From IMG/VR virus record IMGVR_UViG_3300031998_000047: a DNA stretch of 64,000 nucleotides; one strand, 5' to 3'. The position numbers and the translations under genes were made by a program. The stretch's first letter is position 1; every line of letters begins with the position of its first letter. Source of the stretch: an uncultured virus (IMG/VR IMGVR_UViG_3300031998_000047) (Duplodnaviria; Heunggongvirae; Uroviricota; Caudoviricetes). Below, in pieces: positions 9,794-20,847 of the stretch. A model generated the notes under the pieces. The model worked only from the letters and a program-made list of their open reading frames with translations, was not told the DNA's origin and did no database searches.

Positions 9794-10417
9794 ATGGCAG
9801 TAGTATTAACAAAAGGAAGTAGGGGCGAGCTTGTGAAACGCTTGCAGGCCGCTCTGAACTTGGTGCAGGACGGTATCTTCGGCGCAGTAACCGAGGAGGC
9901 AGTCAAGGCATTCCAAAAGGCGCATGGCCTCGTTCCAGACGGTATCGTTGGAGAAAAGACGTGGGCTATTATCGTTCCTAACGAATCATCTTTGCAGGTA
10001 TCACGGCGTACAATAAACCGCATCATTGTGCATTGCACGGCAACGCCCGAAGGCCGCGTAGAAACCGTAGAGTCCGTCCGTAGGATGCACAAGGCAAAGG
10101 GTTGGGCTGATATTGGCTATCACTATCTTATCGGCTTGAACGGCGAACGTTGGAACGGGCGCAACGTAAACCTTGTCGGGGCGCATTGCGAGGGCTACAA
10201 TGCAAATTCAATCGGTGTTTGCTATGTAGGCGGCTGCGATAAAAAGATGAAAGACAAGGACACGCGAACAGATAAACAAAAGGCGGCTTTGATTGCCTTG
10301 CTGAAGGATTTGCGCAAGCTCTATCCAAAGGCAAAGATTGTAAGCCACCGTGACCTTGATAGGAAAGGAAAGGCATGTCCTTCGTTTGATGCAACCAACG
10401 AATATAAAGATATTTAG
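9794..10417 (+). CDS. Endolysin: PG-binding domain plus N-acetylmuramoyl-L-alanine amidase (T7 lysozyme type)
   Basis: DGIFG...FQ...DGIVG PG-binding repeat; IIVHCTA, GYHY, GAH and HRD...KACP Zn-amidase motifs. Confidence 0.92.
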   Translation: MAVVLTKGSRGELVKRLQAALNLVQDGIFGAVTEEAVKAFQKAHGLVPDGIVGEKTWAIIVPNESSLQVSRRTINRIIVHCTATPEGRVETVESVRRMHKAKGWADIGYHYLIGLNGERWNGRNVNLVGAHCEGYNANSIGVCYVGGCDKKMKDKDTRTDKQKAALIALLKDLRKLYPKAKIVSHRDLDRKGKACPSFDATNEYKDI

Positions 10418-10419
10418 TT

Positions 10420-11025
10420 ATGGCAACACGCGAGGACAGAGAGTTCTATACCCGCATGTGGGAGCAGAACCAAATGCTTAACAATGGATGCGGTACACTG
10501 TTTTGTATCGCGTTAATCATTGGTGTCGTGCTGCTGTTTTCGTCTTGCGCCACAAAGAAACATATTGTTGAAAACGACTATCAGAAAACCGAGGTTAAAG
10601 TTGATTCGACAGATGTTCAAAGCGTAAAGGTGGATTCAACAGATACGGAGCATAAGACCGAGATAAAGGAAACCGAGAAAGTTGAAACCGAAACAAAGGT
10701 CGAGAAATCCGACTCCACCGTTATGACGGTTGATGCACAAGGCAATGTTATCAAGCAGGAAACGTGGCACAAAGAAAAGGAAACGGTTTCAAGAAACAGG
10801 GAATACGAAAAGTGTTTGAAAGATTCGATAGACCGAATAAAACTTGAAAGGGATTCGCTTTTGGTTTATGTTTCAAGGTGTGATTCCCTAAAAGAAAAAC
10901 TATCTCATAAGGAATACGTGACCGTGGAAAAGCAAAAAATTCCTAAATGGTGCTATGGTTCTTTGGTAATTTGTTTGTTATTTGTTATATTTGCAATCAC
11001 AAAGTTTGTTAGACGGCTATGGTAG
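10420..11025 (+). CDS. Lipoprotein with C-terminal TM, putative unimolecular spanin
   Basis: Hydrophobic signal with lipobox LFSSC, C-terminal TM segment, directly after the endolysin. Confidence 0.6.
   Translation: MATREDREFYTRMWEQNQMLNNGCGTLFCIALIIGVVLLFSSCATKKHIVENDYQKTEVKVDSTDVQSVKVDSTDTEHKTEIKETEKVETETKVEKSDSTVMTVDAQGNVIKQETWHKEKETVSRNREYEKCLKDSIDRIKLERDSLLVYVSRCDSLKEKLSHKEYVTVEKQKIPKWCYGSLVICLLFVIFAITKFVRRLW
10962..10993 (+). promoter_or_regulatory. -33/-7 promoter for the tail fibre gene, inside the 3' end of the spanin gene
   Basis: TTTG(10962)-20 nt-TATATTTG(10986), canonical spacing. Confidence 0.55.
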
Positions 11026-14000
11026 CAGGAAACGTGACATTCCCGATATACAACAGTGATGGTACATCATTTAACGGGCTTGAACTAAAGAAGTCTGTAT
11101 ATGAAAGTGTTGTAATGTCACTTGGTAACAAAATATCGGGCGATGTATATTATCCAAACAATACTCTTGTCGTTACGATGAAAGAGTACATCACCTATAA
11201 TGGTGTGAAATATGTACTTGTGAAACCACCGACGATAGTCCGTGAGGGTATGGTAAGCGACAACGGGGAATTAAAGGGTATGACAAAGTATTCCTTTACG
11301 TTCTACCACCCGATGTATATGCTGGGCAATTTCCCGTTTTGTGATGTCGCGGTAAGTTCAGACCAGCAAAGGTATCTTTCCGAGAATAAGACGTTCTTCT
11401 GGATAGGAAACCTTACCGACTTTGTAGCAAAACTCAACAAGAACCTTGAGGACACAGAGTGGTATTGTGTCATCAATGATAGCGTAAGCCAAGCGGATAG
11501 ACAGCGTTTAAGTGATGTGATTCCGTTTGACAAAAAAACCATTGCCGATGCGGTGAAAACTGGCTATGAGACTTGGGGTGTTCCTTACATCATAAGCGTC
11601 ATACCAAGCACAAACCCGCTATATCAGCAAGGAAAACGATTCATTATCCAATATGGACTGCCATCTACCGAGATACTTGTGGAGAATGCGCAGCATGAAC
11701 TTGTTCCGTTCGTATTCCATTTCGGCCAGGGTGTAGGATTGAAGAACAATTCCCGCACGCCCCGCAACAACAAGATTATAACACGTATCGCAGGCTATGG
11801 CAGCGAAAATAACATACAGTACGGCTATCCACAGATTCCTTATGAGGGAGGTGATTGTCAATATCCGTTGTACTACGGCATTGTAGGCGGTCAAAGGGTG
11901 CAGTTAATCAAGCATCCTTTCACCCGCACGCATCTTATGCCGTCAATATATAGGGAGACAGTCAACAAGAAGGTCAACCCTATGGCTACTGGCTATGACC
12001 CGACGATAGAACTGAAAGACTACTACGATGCCGACAACACATACGAGAACCCGATAAAGCCACTTGAGCCATCTTATGAGATACACGAGTTTGAAAAGAT
12101 AAAGCCCGAACTTGGGCAGAGGTTTATCGTTGGTGTATCTGCATATAGCGACAAGGACTTGGATTCTATAAGCCTTTCCTCTTTCATTTCGTTGCTGTCC
12201 GAATACTATACAGAATCGGAGTATCTGAAAGAAAAGGAAGAACTTGAAAAGATAATCAACACGATAGGCACGATGTCATCGAATAGCGGTAGTGTGAACA
12301 CAAGGGCATACTACTGCGATTGGTCTTTCACAAAAGACGAGAGATATGCCTACGTCAAGTTTAAGTCAAGTGCGCTCAACTTTGAATACACGGTGTTGGT
12401 GGTAAGCCCATCACAGGATGTCGAGTGGGACGACACGATGGATGATGATGGAAACTATGTACAAAGTTACTTTAGGATTACCATACCGCAACTCGCATTC
12501 GACCTATATGCAAGTGCAGCCGTCACGCAGGAGATGACCATCAATATGCGTAGCGGTGCTTGCTTGGGTTGCTCGTTCCCCGTAATGGTGGATTGGGATG
12601 ACTACAAGTTGAATTTCTACGATGCCGATGGCAACTTTTCACCAAACGGCTCTCAGCGCAACTACGACAAATATCCCGATAGCAGCCAAGGTCAGATAAC
12701 CTTGATTCTGAAAAAGGAGACATCCACGTTCGGCACATTGATGCCTAACATATACCAAAAACCGCATATTGGCGATGAGTTCGTAATCCTTGGAATATCA
12801 TTGCCTACATCATACATAACAAGCGCAGAGGCAAGGCTTGATGCGGAAATGAAACAGTATATGCGTGACAACAACGTGTACTACTATGACTATCCGCTGA
12901 AATTCGATGAACATTTCCTTACCACACACGCAGGCATTCTTGCACAGATGGATAACAATGTCATCGTAAGGTTTGACTATGCTGGCACGGAACACGCACT
13001 ATACATCAAGCAGGTTACAGTCAAGTATGAAAACAAGCCGTTGCCTACTTATGACATAACACTTACAGACAACATCGAGGTTGTGCTTAACCAGATTGGT
13101 CAGGTGATTGATGAGGTGCGTAGGTTACAGGACAATCTTGGTGGCGTTGAAGTTCAGCCGAGCAACAACTACTTGCGCAAGGACATAGATGATACCGCAT
13201 ACGGAATGATAAGACTTATCAAGGGCTTGCAGGTGGGCAATAGGTTCGTCACTGGCTTGCTTGGCGAGGGTGGTGTGTTCCGAAAGGAAGAAGATGGCAC
13301 TACATACCTTGAATGCGACAAGCTGTATGTCCGTATGAAAGCCTACTTTGATACCGTTGAGGTGCGCCACTATATGCACAGCGCAGGAAACAGGGTAGCA
13401 TCCAACGCAGGTATCAATTGTTCCCGTGTGGAATACATCGACTCCAATGGTGATGTAACACAGGATGCGACAGAGGCAACATTGTTCCGATGCTATTTCC
13501 GTGCCAACGATGATGGTCGTGAGGTTCGCAATGATTTTGTCATAGGCGACCTTGCTTTCTGCCGTGAGACAAATGTCAATACGGATAGTGCAGACCAACA
13601 TGGATATTGGCGTGCCGTTGTTGGTAGGAATGTCAATGGAGTGCTTACCGATGATGGCGAGGGTTGGATTGACCTTTCCGCAAGTGATTGTCAGGATGGT
13701 TCTGGAATACCTATTGCACAAGATGACATTGTACAGCTTGGAAACAAGACAGACACAACACGTCAAGGTGCGATAGTAGAGTTTGTGTCTGGTACTGATG
13801 CGCCGTCTTATCAAATCTATCAAGGCATCAATACGTATTCATTGAACGGCAAGAACTATATAGGATTGGGCTATTCGACGCAGACTGGCCGTGCATACCT
13901 GAACGTGTTCGGTGATGCTTTTATCGGCGACCCAGACGGTTCGACATACATCGAGTACAAGCAGGTCGGCCAAGGCGGTGTGCCTGAGATGAACATCAAG

Positions 14001-17000
14001 GCGAATGTAACGTTCGAGTCACCTATCACGCATTCTGACACGACATTGGTCGATTTCGCTAATTCAGTGGTAGGCGGCATGGAGTCGCTGCAAGACCAGA
14101 TAGACGGCTCGATAGAGACATGGTTCTACGACTATATGCCTGTTGAGGAAGATGAAGGTGCTCCAGCCAATACCACACCTCTTGTTACAAGGACTGTTAG
14201 CGGCCAGAAAGTGCCAGTCTATCCGTACTATGATTGGTTCATAGCCGATGGTGGCGACCCAACAACTACACCCGTAACACAGCCGACATCGACAACAGAA
14301 CGCTTGAAGCATCTTGGCGATACGTTCTATGACAACACTTCGGGTTATGCTTTCCGCTTCTCGAATACAGGCACGGCACAATCTCCTACTTTTGCATGGG
14401 TGGTGATACAGGACTCTGCCGTCATTAAGGCACTCGCTGATGCTGCAAAGGCACAGGACACAGCCGACCATAAGCGTAGGGCGTTTGTGCTTCCAATTAC
14501 TATAGGTAGCACAACATACAACTACCCTTATCCTCCTTACGATGTAGGTGATTTGTGGCTTAATGCAAAGTACCCATACAATTACGACGGAGCTACCGAT
14601 GTAGAAAACGACAAGTACAACAACGATGTCCTTCGTTGTATAACTCCACAAGGTGAAAATGGCTCTTTTAGTATTGACCATTGGGTTCTTGCATCAAAGT
14701 ACACCGACGATACAGAAGTGAAAAGAATCATCGACAGCTACGGTGGCATTCTTGGTGTCACAGCCGACTCGGAAGATGTCGGTGAGGCTCTTGGATTCCT
14801 CCGTGAAGTCCTCGGTGGTAGGACGAGCGTTGACGGCGGTCTTATTCTCTCTGAATTGATTGCTGTAAAGAACGGAAATCAGGTGATGAGTGGAATCAAC
14901 GGTAAGATTAAGGCTTCAACAGGCATTCTGACTCCTGCCGCATGGTACGGCGGTGAGATGGTGGACTACGAGAGGCTGTCAGATACAGAGATTGCGGATG
15001 GATGGAACGTTCACCATTGGGCGAGAGCATTATTCCGCTTCGACGGTTCTGGCTATGTGGCAGACGGAAATCTGGCATGGAATGGAGCTGGAGAGATTAC
15101 GAAGATTGCAGGACAGGACGTTGAGGTAGAAACTCTCTTAATCGGTGGAAACTCTGCTGCCACACAGAACTGGGTATCTCAAAACTTCGTCACCGTTGAG
15201 TTCTTTGAGCGTCTGTTTAGGGCTTATTTCGGCAATAATACTGTCTCGACAAATGCCCCTTCGTCTACGCAGATAGACAATATTGAGGCAAGATACTCAC
15301 TATGGACGAACGGCGACCTGTCATGTTTGGGTCACGGCAGCGGTGGAGGTGGCGGAAGCACAACAGCATTGTCAGACCTCGTTGATGTGCTTCTCACAAG
15401 TCCTACAAGCGGACAGGCACTCGTCTATAACGGCACTAAGTGGGTGAATCAGACTATCAGCGGAGGCGGTGGTGTTGACATGTCGGCTGTATGGTCGGCA
15501 CTTAACGCTGCAACGAGTGAGCAAATTAATGCATCGCACCTGACCAACGCACTGAGCGGCTATGTACAGACATCAGCCCTTACGAATTATTTGCCTATCG
15601 CGGGCGGCACTCTGAATGGTGAGGTCATCACGTCAAGTCCTATCACAATCAACGGCTACAACGGCAGAACGTTCGGCATCACGCCAACGTCGTCAGGTCA
15701 TCAGGGCGATAATGTGGACGTAGGTTGGAACTGGGTGGATAAGGACGGTGCTGGAGCGTTCTTCCGCAGCACGGATGCGAACAGCAACCCTGGCAGCTTC
15801 GGCTTTTATGCTCGTAATTCGGCAGGCACTACGAAGGAGTTTATCGGTAAGCCTGACGGAGCACTTACTTGGGGAAACGACAACATATTGCACACAGGCA
15901 ACTTCGCAACGGAGGTCGGTGCAAGTCTGTTTACGGCTCTAACATCGACAAACGCCACTAACCTCACGGTGACGATTGGCGGCACGACTAAGACGTTGAC
16001 GAACATCTATGCTCTGAGATTCAAAGGCGTACAGGTGAAGGAGGACGCGGTTAGCTATGGCGACCTGAATAGTCTCACGGGTACAAGCTACAGCGTCGTT
16101 ACGAACTACAATACGAATAACAGTTGGCAGCATGCCCCGACCATACAGACTGGTAATTATTGGGGTGGCGCAGTGGTAGTCAAAGGTCAAGATAGCAATC
16201 TCATGATGCAACTGTTTTGGAATGCCAAGCATAACGAGTCAACGACCCCGACAGGTAAGCTATGGTTCAGAGCAAGAACTTCTGGCGGTTGGGGAGATGA
16301 CTGGAAGGAGATAGCCTTTACAGACGGAAATGTCGCCACGGCCACAGCACTCGCCACGGCAAGGACGCTGTGGGGACAGAGTTTCGACGGAACAAGTAAT
16401 GTCAGCGGAAGCATGACAGGTGTAGGTGCGTTCACGCAGTCAGGAGCCATCAACATGCAAGGCTCTACGGCATCCTACTGCCAAGGCATACGTCTGCATC
16501 CCGCCAACGGTACATCATCCATCTTTTTCGGCTGTGATGCTGATTCTGGAATGTCGGCGGGTATGTTCGGTATCACTCACAACACAACGGGACTGAGAGT
16601 ACGAGGACAGGCATCCACGACAGCCACCTCTCTTGTAGACTATCTGACCGTTGCGTATGGCGGCAATGTGGGTATCGGCACATCATCGCCATCATATCTC
16701 TTACATGTCAACGGGCAGGCAGCGGCTCAGTCATTCCGCTCGACGGTTGAGACTGGTGTTGCCCCGATGGTGGTTGCATCCTCGACGCTCGTCACCAACC
16801 TCAATGCCGACCTGTTGGATGGTAAGCACTCGACTGACTTTGCAGCCGCATCGGATATGACAACCTTACAGGGTTACTTTGACGCAAGCGGAAATGCTCG
16901 TAATGCACTGAGACTAACAACTGTCAGCAAGACAGCTTGGGGACAGACGTATTGGACTGCCAACGGAGTGCCGACCAATATTAGCGGTGATATGTCCTCG

Positions 17001-17546
17001 GTTGGCAACATAGCACTCACCAACGGAGCGAGAATACATCATCCAGACGTTAGCGGGAACACACTATACATCGGCAATGCCTCCAACAGAGGATGGGTCA
17101 AAATAGCCGATATGTGCAGTCAGGACGGCGACAGCTATTGGAAGATTAAGAGCAACGGCGATGCGACATTCAGCAATGTCTACTCTAACGGAGTGCTTAC
17201 CTGTCTTACTGGAAGTTCCACTTCTGATGCTCGCAAGAAGATGATTGTAGGCCAAGTTGACTTGTCGGTTGAGAGTATTGCAAAAATGCCGACGGTAAAG
17301 TTCCTCTGGAAGCATATACCTGACAAGACCGTGCAAGTTGGTACGCTTGCTCAGTCATGGCAAAATGTATTGCCTGAAGCTGTCACAGAAAATGACGGAG
17401 TGCTCGGCTTCCAATATGGTGTTGCCGCTCTTCTGTCCGCAATAGTAACCGCTCGTAAGGTTGTAGACCACGAAAAGAGAATTGCGCAGTTGGAGAAGGA
17501 GAATGTGGAATTGAGAAATGAGTTGAACAAGATTAAAGCAGCATAA
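11019..17546 (+). CDS. Large tail tip/tail fibre protein with C-terminal intramolecular chaperone (peptidase S74-like)
   Basis: 2175 aa. N-terminal tail-hub-like region, Gly/Ser/Thr-rich fibre repeats (WGQ.F.G, GNVGIGT, TNLNADLLDG), C-terminal SDARKK...GTLAQ and coiled coil. Confidence 0.8.
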   Translation: MVAGNVTFPIYNSDGTSFNGLELKKSVYESVVMSLGNKISGDVYYPNNTLVVTMKEYITYNGVKYVLVKPPTIVREGMVSDNGELKGMTKYSFTFYHPMYMLGNFPFCDVAVSSDQQRYLSENKTFFWIGNLTDFVAKLNKNLEDTEWYCVINDSVSQADRQRLSDVIPFDKKTIADAVKTGYETWGVPYIISVIPSTNPLYQQGKRFIIQYGLPSTEILVENAQHELVPFVFHFGQGVGLKNNSRTPRNNKIITRIAGYGSENNIQYGYPQIPYEGGDCQYPLYYGIVGGQRVQLIKHPFTRTHLMPSIYRETVNKKVNPMATGYDPTIELKDYYDADNTYENPIKPLEPSYEIHEFEKIKPELGQRFIVGVSAYSDKDLDSISLSSFISLLSEYYTESEYLKEKEELEKIINTIGTMSSNSGSVNTRAYYCDWSFTKDERYAYVKFKSSALNFEYTVLVVSPSQDVEWDDTMDDDGNYVQSYFRITIPQLAFDLYASAAVTQEMTINMRSGACLGCSFPVMVDWDDYKLNFYDADGNFSPNGSQRNYDKYPDSSQGQITLILKKETSTFGTLMPNIYQKPHIGDEFVILGISLPTSYITSAEARLDAEMKQYMRDNNVYYYDYPLKFDEHFLTTHAGILAQMDNNVIVRFDYAGTEHALYIKQVTVKYENKPLPTYDITLTDNIEVVLNQIGQVIDEVRRLQDNLGGVEVQPSNNYLRKDIDDTAYGMIRLIKGLQVGNRFVTGLLGEGGVFRKEEDGTTYLECDKLYVRMKAYFDTVEVRHYMHSAGNRVASNAGINCSRVEYIDSNGDVTQDATEATLFRCYFRANDDGREVRNDFVIGDLAFCRETNVNTDSADQHGYWRAVVGRNVNGVLTDDGEGWIDLSASDCQDGSGIPIAQDDIVQLGNKTDTTRQGAIVEFVSGTDAPSYQIYQGINTYSLNGKNYIGLGYSTQTGRAYLNVFGDAFIGDPDGSTYIEYKQVGQGGVPEMNIKANVTFESPITHSDTTLVDFANSVVGGMESLQDQIDGSIETWFYDYMPVEEDEGAPANTTPLVTRTVSGQKVPVYPYYDWFIADGGDPTTTPVTQPTSTTERLKHLGDTFYDNTSGYAFRFSNTGTAQSPTFAWVVIQDSAVIKALADAAKAQDTADHKRRAFVLPITIGSTTYNYPYPPYDVGDLWLNAKYPYNYDGATDVENDKYNNDVLRCITPQGENGSFSIDHWVLASKYTDDTEVKRIIDSYGGILGVTADSEDVGEALGFLREVLGGRTSVDGGLILSELIAVKNGNQVMSGINGKIKASTGILTPAAWYGGEMVDYERLSDTEIADGWNVHHWARALFRFDGSGYVADGNLAWNGAGEITKIAGQDVEVETLLIGGNSAATQNWVSQNFVTVEFFERLFRAYFGNNTVSTNAPSSTQIDNIEARYSLWTNGDLSCLGHGSGGGGGSTTALSDLVDVLLTSPTSGQALVYNGTKWVNQTISGGGGVDMSAVWSALNAATSEQINASHLTNALSGYVQTSALTNYLPIAGGTLNGEVITSSPITINGYNGRTFGITPTSSGHQGDNVDVGWNWVDKDGAGAFFRSTDANSNPGSFGFYARNSAGTTKEFIGKPDGALTWGNDNILHTGNFATEVGASLFTALTSTNATNLTVTIGGTTKTLTNIYALRFKGVQVKEDAVSYGDLNSLTGTSYSVVTNYNTNNSWQHAPTIQTGNYWGGAVVVKGQDSNLMMQLFWNAKHNESTTPTGKLWFRARTSGGWGDDWKEIAFTDGNVATATALATARTLWGQSFDGTSNVSGSMTGVGAFTQSGAINMQGSTASYCQGIRLHPANGTSSIFFGCDADSGMSAGMFGITHNTTGLRVRGQASTTATSLVDYLTVAYGGNVGIGTSSPSYLLHVNGQAAAQSFRSTVETGVAPMVVASSTLVTNLNADLLDGKHSTDFAAASDMTTLQGYFDASGNARNALRLTTVSKTAWGQTYWTANGVPTNISGDMSSVGNIALTNGARIHHPDVSGNTLYIGNASNRGWVKIADMCSQDGDSYWKIKSNGDATFSNVYSNGVLTCLTGSSTSDARKKMIVGQVDLSVESIAKMPTVKFLWKHIPDKTVQVGTLAQSWQNVLPEAVTENDGVLGFQYGVAALLSAIVTARKVVDHEKRIAQLEKENVELRNELNKIKAA

Positions 17547-17548
17547 CA

Positions 17549-18775
17549 ATGGCACACAGTAACGATGGAGTGATTACCAGACCGATAACGGATTCCGACA
17601 TCAAGGCGGTGTTGGGTATATCGTCCAACAACCTCGCTGCGTGGTGTACGGCGGAGGAGGTGAACAAGTGGTCGAAGTGGAAGCCAATCGTCTTTAATAA
17701 GATGACACAGCTTACCGCTGCGAACTTTCGTGATGCTAACTACGGCATCGACCTCATTCCGTCGTGGGGACGTGCCGACTATATGTTCAACTTCCTCTTT
17801 GCATCGCAGGCAGACAGGCAAGCCCATACGAACTGGTGGCCTGACTGCGATGTGCAAAAGCAGGCGTTATCGTTAGAATATTGGATATGGCAACCGCCGA
17901 CGGGAGGGTCAACTTCGCCATACCGTATGACGGACTTTGAAAATTATTATCACGAAGCAGAAGCTCCTATTAAGCCTATAGAGGGCAACACAATTAAAAT
18001 CAGCCCAATGGGTATTATGCGCATCGTTTTCCCCCGTGGTGCGCAGACGAACAAGACACTGAAGCTCGACGACCTGACATGGCCTGGTTCGTCAAGCGTG
18101 TCTATTGGAAACATGTACTTCGGTATCTGCGCCAAGCGCACAAGCGGCACAGGAGCGAACCCATCCGTCTGCGCCCTCATGAAAAACGGTGATAGTTTTG
18201 TCATGATGAGAGAGGTCTTAGGTGGTGACTACATCGTTAATGTGCAACTGGCGGCCTCAAACACCAATTACGAGGGGACATGGAAGATTTTCCCAGTCAT
18301 TTGCAGGGAAACATTCAATCAGTCAGCCGCACCACCATCTGGTTCACAGCCGTGCCTATGCCCTCTCACCAACCACACAAAGGCTATCACAGTGAGCATC
18401 GAGTACGGACAGGTCGTGATTATCAACGCATTTGGCTACCGCGATATGTCAGACTACAAGAGCATCTATGTGAATGTTACTGTACGAAACCAGAACGCTA
18501 CGGAATGGCGGTGGCGGGTGACTGTTCAACTCTACAACTCTAGCGGACAGGCTGTATCGGGGTATGAGTCGGGAGGCGGCGGTTTATGCCCTGCCAATGG
18601 CACGGCATCAGATACAATAAGGTTTATCACCTCTGGCTCGGCACAGTTCAATCAGTTCCAGAACGGCTACTTCACAGCCGTCGCGGAACTACAGGACGGA
18701 TATGGCTATGTGTTTAAGAAGTCGTCCTCATGGGGGAAGACTCAGCTAACAGATGGATTAACACCAGAGATATAG
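17549..18775 (+). CDS. Putative tail fibre-associated/receptor-binding protein
   Basis: 408 aa; NKWSKWKP and SPYRMTDF motifs seen in Bacteroidetes phage tail genes; beta-rich C-terminus. Confidence 0.45.
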   Translation: MAHSNDGVITRPITDSDIKAVLGISSNNLAAWCTAEEVNKWSKWKPIVFNKMTQLTAANFRDANYGIDLIPSWGRADYMFNFLFASQADRQAHTNWWPDCDVQKQALSLEYWIWQPPTGGSTSPYRMTDFENYYHEAEAPIKPIEGNTIKISPMGIMRIVFPRGAQTNKTLKLDDLTWPGSSSVSIGNMYFGICAKRTSGTGANPSVCALMKNGDSFVMMREVLGGDYIVNVQLAASNTNYEGTWKIFPVICRETFNQSAAPPSGSQPCLCPLTNHTKAITVSIEYGQVVIINAFGYRDMSDYKSIYVNVTVRNQNATEWRWRVTVQLYNSSGQAVSGYESGGGGLCPANGTASDTIRFITSGSAQFNQFQNGYFTAVAELQDGYGYVFKKSSSWGKTQLTDGLTPEI

Positions 18776-18804
18776 TTTTTTGTCTAACTAAAATTTTAAA
18801 AATT

Positions 18805-19119
18805 ATGGCATACACAATGATTGGTTACAGCAACATTTTCAAAAACCCCAACGGTGATACCATCGTAGAGGGTCGGTTCGAGAAAGACGTGGATGGTGTC
18901 GTGGAGACGCTCACCAGAGTAGAGTTCGACGTATGGCTGGACAACGACGGCGAACATGGCAATTACATCGGCAAGGTGGTTGGTGTCCCACTACCTGACG
19001 GCTCAGACATGAGATACAACTTCCCCGATTGCACTCGGAGGCAGGCCAACCTCATCTGGAACCAGATTGACGAGATAGAGCCGCAATACTTCGTCGCACC
19101 ATCATCATCGGAGGACTAA
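18805..19119 (+). CDS. Hypothetical protein
   Basis: Likely start MAYTM after an AT-rich leader. Confidence 0.5.
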   Translation: MAYTMIGYSNIFKNPNGDTIVEGRFEKDVDGVVETLTRVEFDVWLDNDGEHGNYIGKVVGVPLPDGSDMRYNFPDCTRRQANLIWNQIDEIEPQYFVAPSSSED

Positions 19120-19122
19120 GAC

Positions 19123-19629
19123 ATGAAGCAGGCGATTACTACGCAGAAGGCTTCTTGGCTCTACAAGATTGTAGGGCAGGCCAATACGTCCAAGCTAACG
19201 GATAGTGAGAAGATTGCTCTCTGGAGATTGTCGCGAGTCATCCACCCAGTCGCAAGCAAGTACGACGAGGCGGTTGCTGATGCGACAAATAAGCTAAAAC
19301 CTCAAGACAAGGACTTTGACGAGATTCTGGGTAAGGCTCAGCAGTTGGAGGCAATGGTGCGAGGCGGCATTACCGACCAGACAAAGTACCCAATCGGCAT
19401 CGCTGAGTACGACAAGTGGATGAAGGAGGTCATGCTGCCTTACAACAACAATGTTATAGAGGCCGTCAAGCCGTATGCCGAGAGGAAGGTTTCGCTTGTG
19501 TACGACGGACTGACGGAAGAGGGCTTTGAGCATCTTTTCGCATCTAACGACTGGACGTTGGACTTCGCACAGAAGTTAAGCGAGTTTATTGTTGAACCGA
19601 CTAAAAAAGAGAAGAAAAACGAGAAATGA
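19123..19629 (+). CDS. Hypothetical protein (possible fibre chaperone)
   Basis: 168 aa, last gene before a terminator. Confidence 0.45.
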   Translation: MKQAITTQKASWLYKIVGQANTSKLTDSEKIALWRLSRVIHPVASKYDEAVADATNKLKPQDKDFDEILGKAQQLEAMVRGGITDQTKYPIGIAEYDKWMKEVMLPYNNNVIEAVKPYAERKVSLVYDGLTEEGFEHLFASNDWTLDFAQKLSEFIVEPTKKEKKNEK

Positions 19630-19674
19630 GAAGTTGATTAAGTAGACACGCATACGTATCATTTCACACCATCG

Positions 19675-19706
19675 GCAGGAGCGAAAAAAACGTTCCTGCT
19701 TTTTTT
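19675..19706 (+). terminator. Rho-independent terminator ending the tail operon
   Basis: GCAGGAGCG-A7-CGTTCCTGC followed by T7. Confidence 0.75.
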
Positions 19707-19771
19707 ATCTACGAATATCCGTGTAAACAAAAGGTGTTTCAAACATTTAAGCGGACTTATGTAAGTCCCGC

Positions 19772-19825
19772 TTTGCCTTTCTTTTCTTACAATGTAAATT
19801 TGCGCCGTGTAACGTTACAACACGG
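19772..19825 (+). promoter_or_regulatory. -33/-7 promoter with a perfect palindrome (TGTAACGTTACA) near the start site
   Basis: TTTG(19772)-19 nt-TAAATTTG(19795); palindrome at 19808-19819. Confidence 0.65.
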
Positions 19826-19870
19826 TTTGATTTAACAACAAGTTTAACAAAGTAAAGAAAGGAAAAAAAC

Positions 19871-20821
19871 ATGGCAGAAATTTATCAATTACCCGAGAAC
19901 GGAAACGGTAATAGCGGTTTTGGCAACATTCCGTTTTCAATCCCCATCGGTGGTTTTGGAATGGGTGGATTCGGCGGTTTCGGCGGCTACGGCATGAACG
20001 GGATTGCTGACTTGTTTGGACTGGCTATCATTGCTTCAATGTTCGGTTGGAACGGTGGCGGATTTGGCAATGGAGGCTTTGGCGGAGGAAACTCAGGCGC
20101 GGCTTTCTTGGCTAATCAGCTCTCGAACGATTCGGGTCGTGAACTTATTATGAACGCTATCACAAACCAAGGCGAGGCTTCACGTACCGCTATTCAGACA
20201 CTTAGCACTATGCTCGGCCAAGACTTCAACCTTGTCAATCAAGGCGTGCAGACGGTTCAGAACGCATTGCAGACATTGGCATTGCAGCAAGCCGTAAGCG
20301 TACCGCAAATCATCAATTCGATTCAAAGCGGCGACGCAAGCATTATAAGCACTTTCCAAAAGTGTTGCTGCGACCAACAGCTTGCGACTTGTCAGCAGAC
20401 AAACACCTTGCAGAACGCAATCAACGGCGTTGGCAACAAGGTAGACGCAAAGGCTGCTGCCGACCAATTGGCTATGTGTCAGCAGACATACGCACTGACA
20501 GACACGATGAACCGCAACTATCTTGCGCTTGACAACAAGCTCGACCAAATGGAGTCCAACCGCAAAGACCGCGAGATTACCGCTTTGACAGCCGAGGTTG
20601 CTACGTTGAAGTCGCAAAACTTCACTACGGGCGTCGTTCAGCAGGCCGTTGCACCTATTCTTGGTCAGCTTGCAGGCATCCAAAATGAGGTTGACGACAT
20701 TAAGAATAAGATACCAAATACCGTTCCAGTTCAGTACCCTAACTTGCAGGTAGTTAATTCTACTCCATATATGGGTGGTTTCTACGGAAATGGTTTTGGT
20801 GGCAACAACTTTGTATTCTAA
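19871..20821 (+). CDS. Gly-rich/coiled-coil protein with CCC motif, function unknown
   Basis: 316 aa; GGF-rich N-terminus, hydrophobic helix, KCCCDQQLATC, Gln-rich heptads. Confidence 0.7.
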   Translation: MAEIYQLPENGNGNSGFGNIPFSIPIGGFGMGGFGGFGGYGMNGIADLFGLAIIASMFGWNGGGFGNGGFGGGNSGAAFLANQLSNDSGRELIMNAITNQGEASRTAIQTLSTMLGQDFNLVNQGVQTVQNALQTLALQQAVSVPQIINSIQSGDASIISTFQKCCCDQQLATCQQTNTLQNAINGVGNKVDAKAAADQLAMCQQTYALTDTMNRNYLALDNKLDQMESNRKDREITALTAEVATLKSQNFTTGVVQQAVAPILGQLAGIQNEVDDIKNKIPNTVPVQYPNLQVVNSTPYMGGFYGNGFGGNNFVF

Positions 20822-20847
20822 CAATTAAGGCATAGGAGGTTTAACGT

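Noticed and set aside
11019..19629. Diversity-generating retroelement or invertible tail cassette
   Set aside because: No reverse transcriptase, TR/VR pair or flanking inverted repeats were seen by eye; a dot-plot would be needed to exclude them fully
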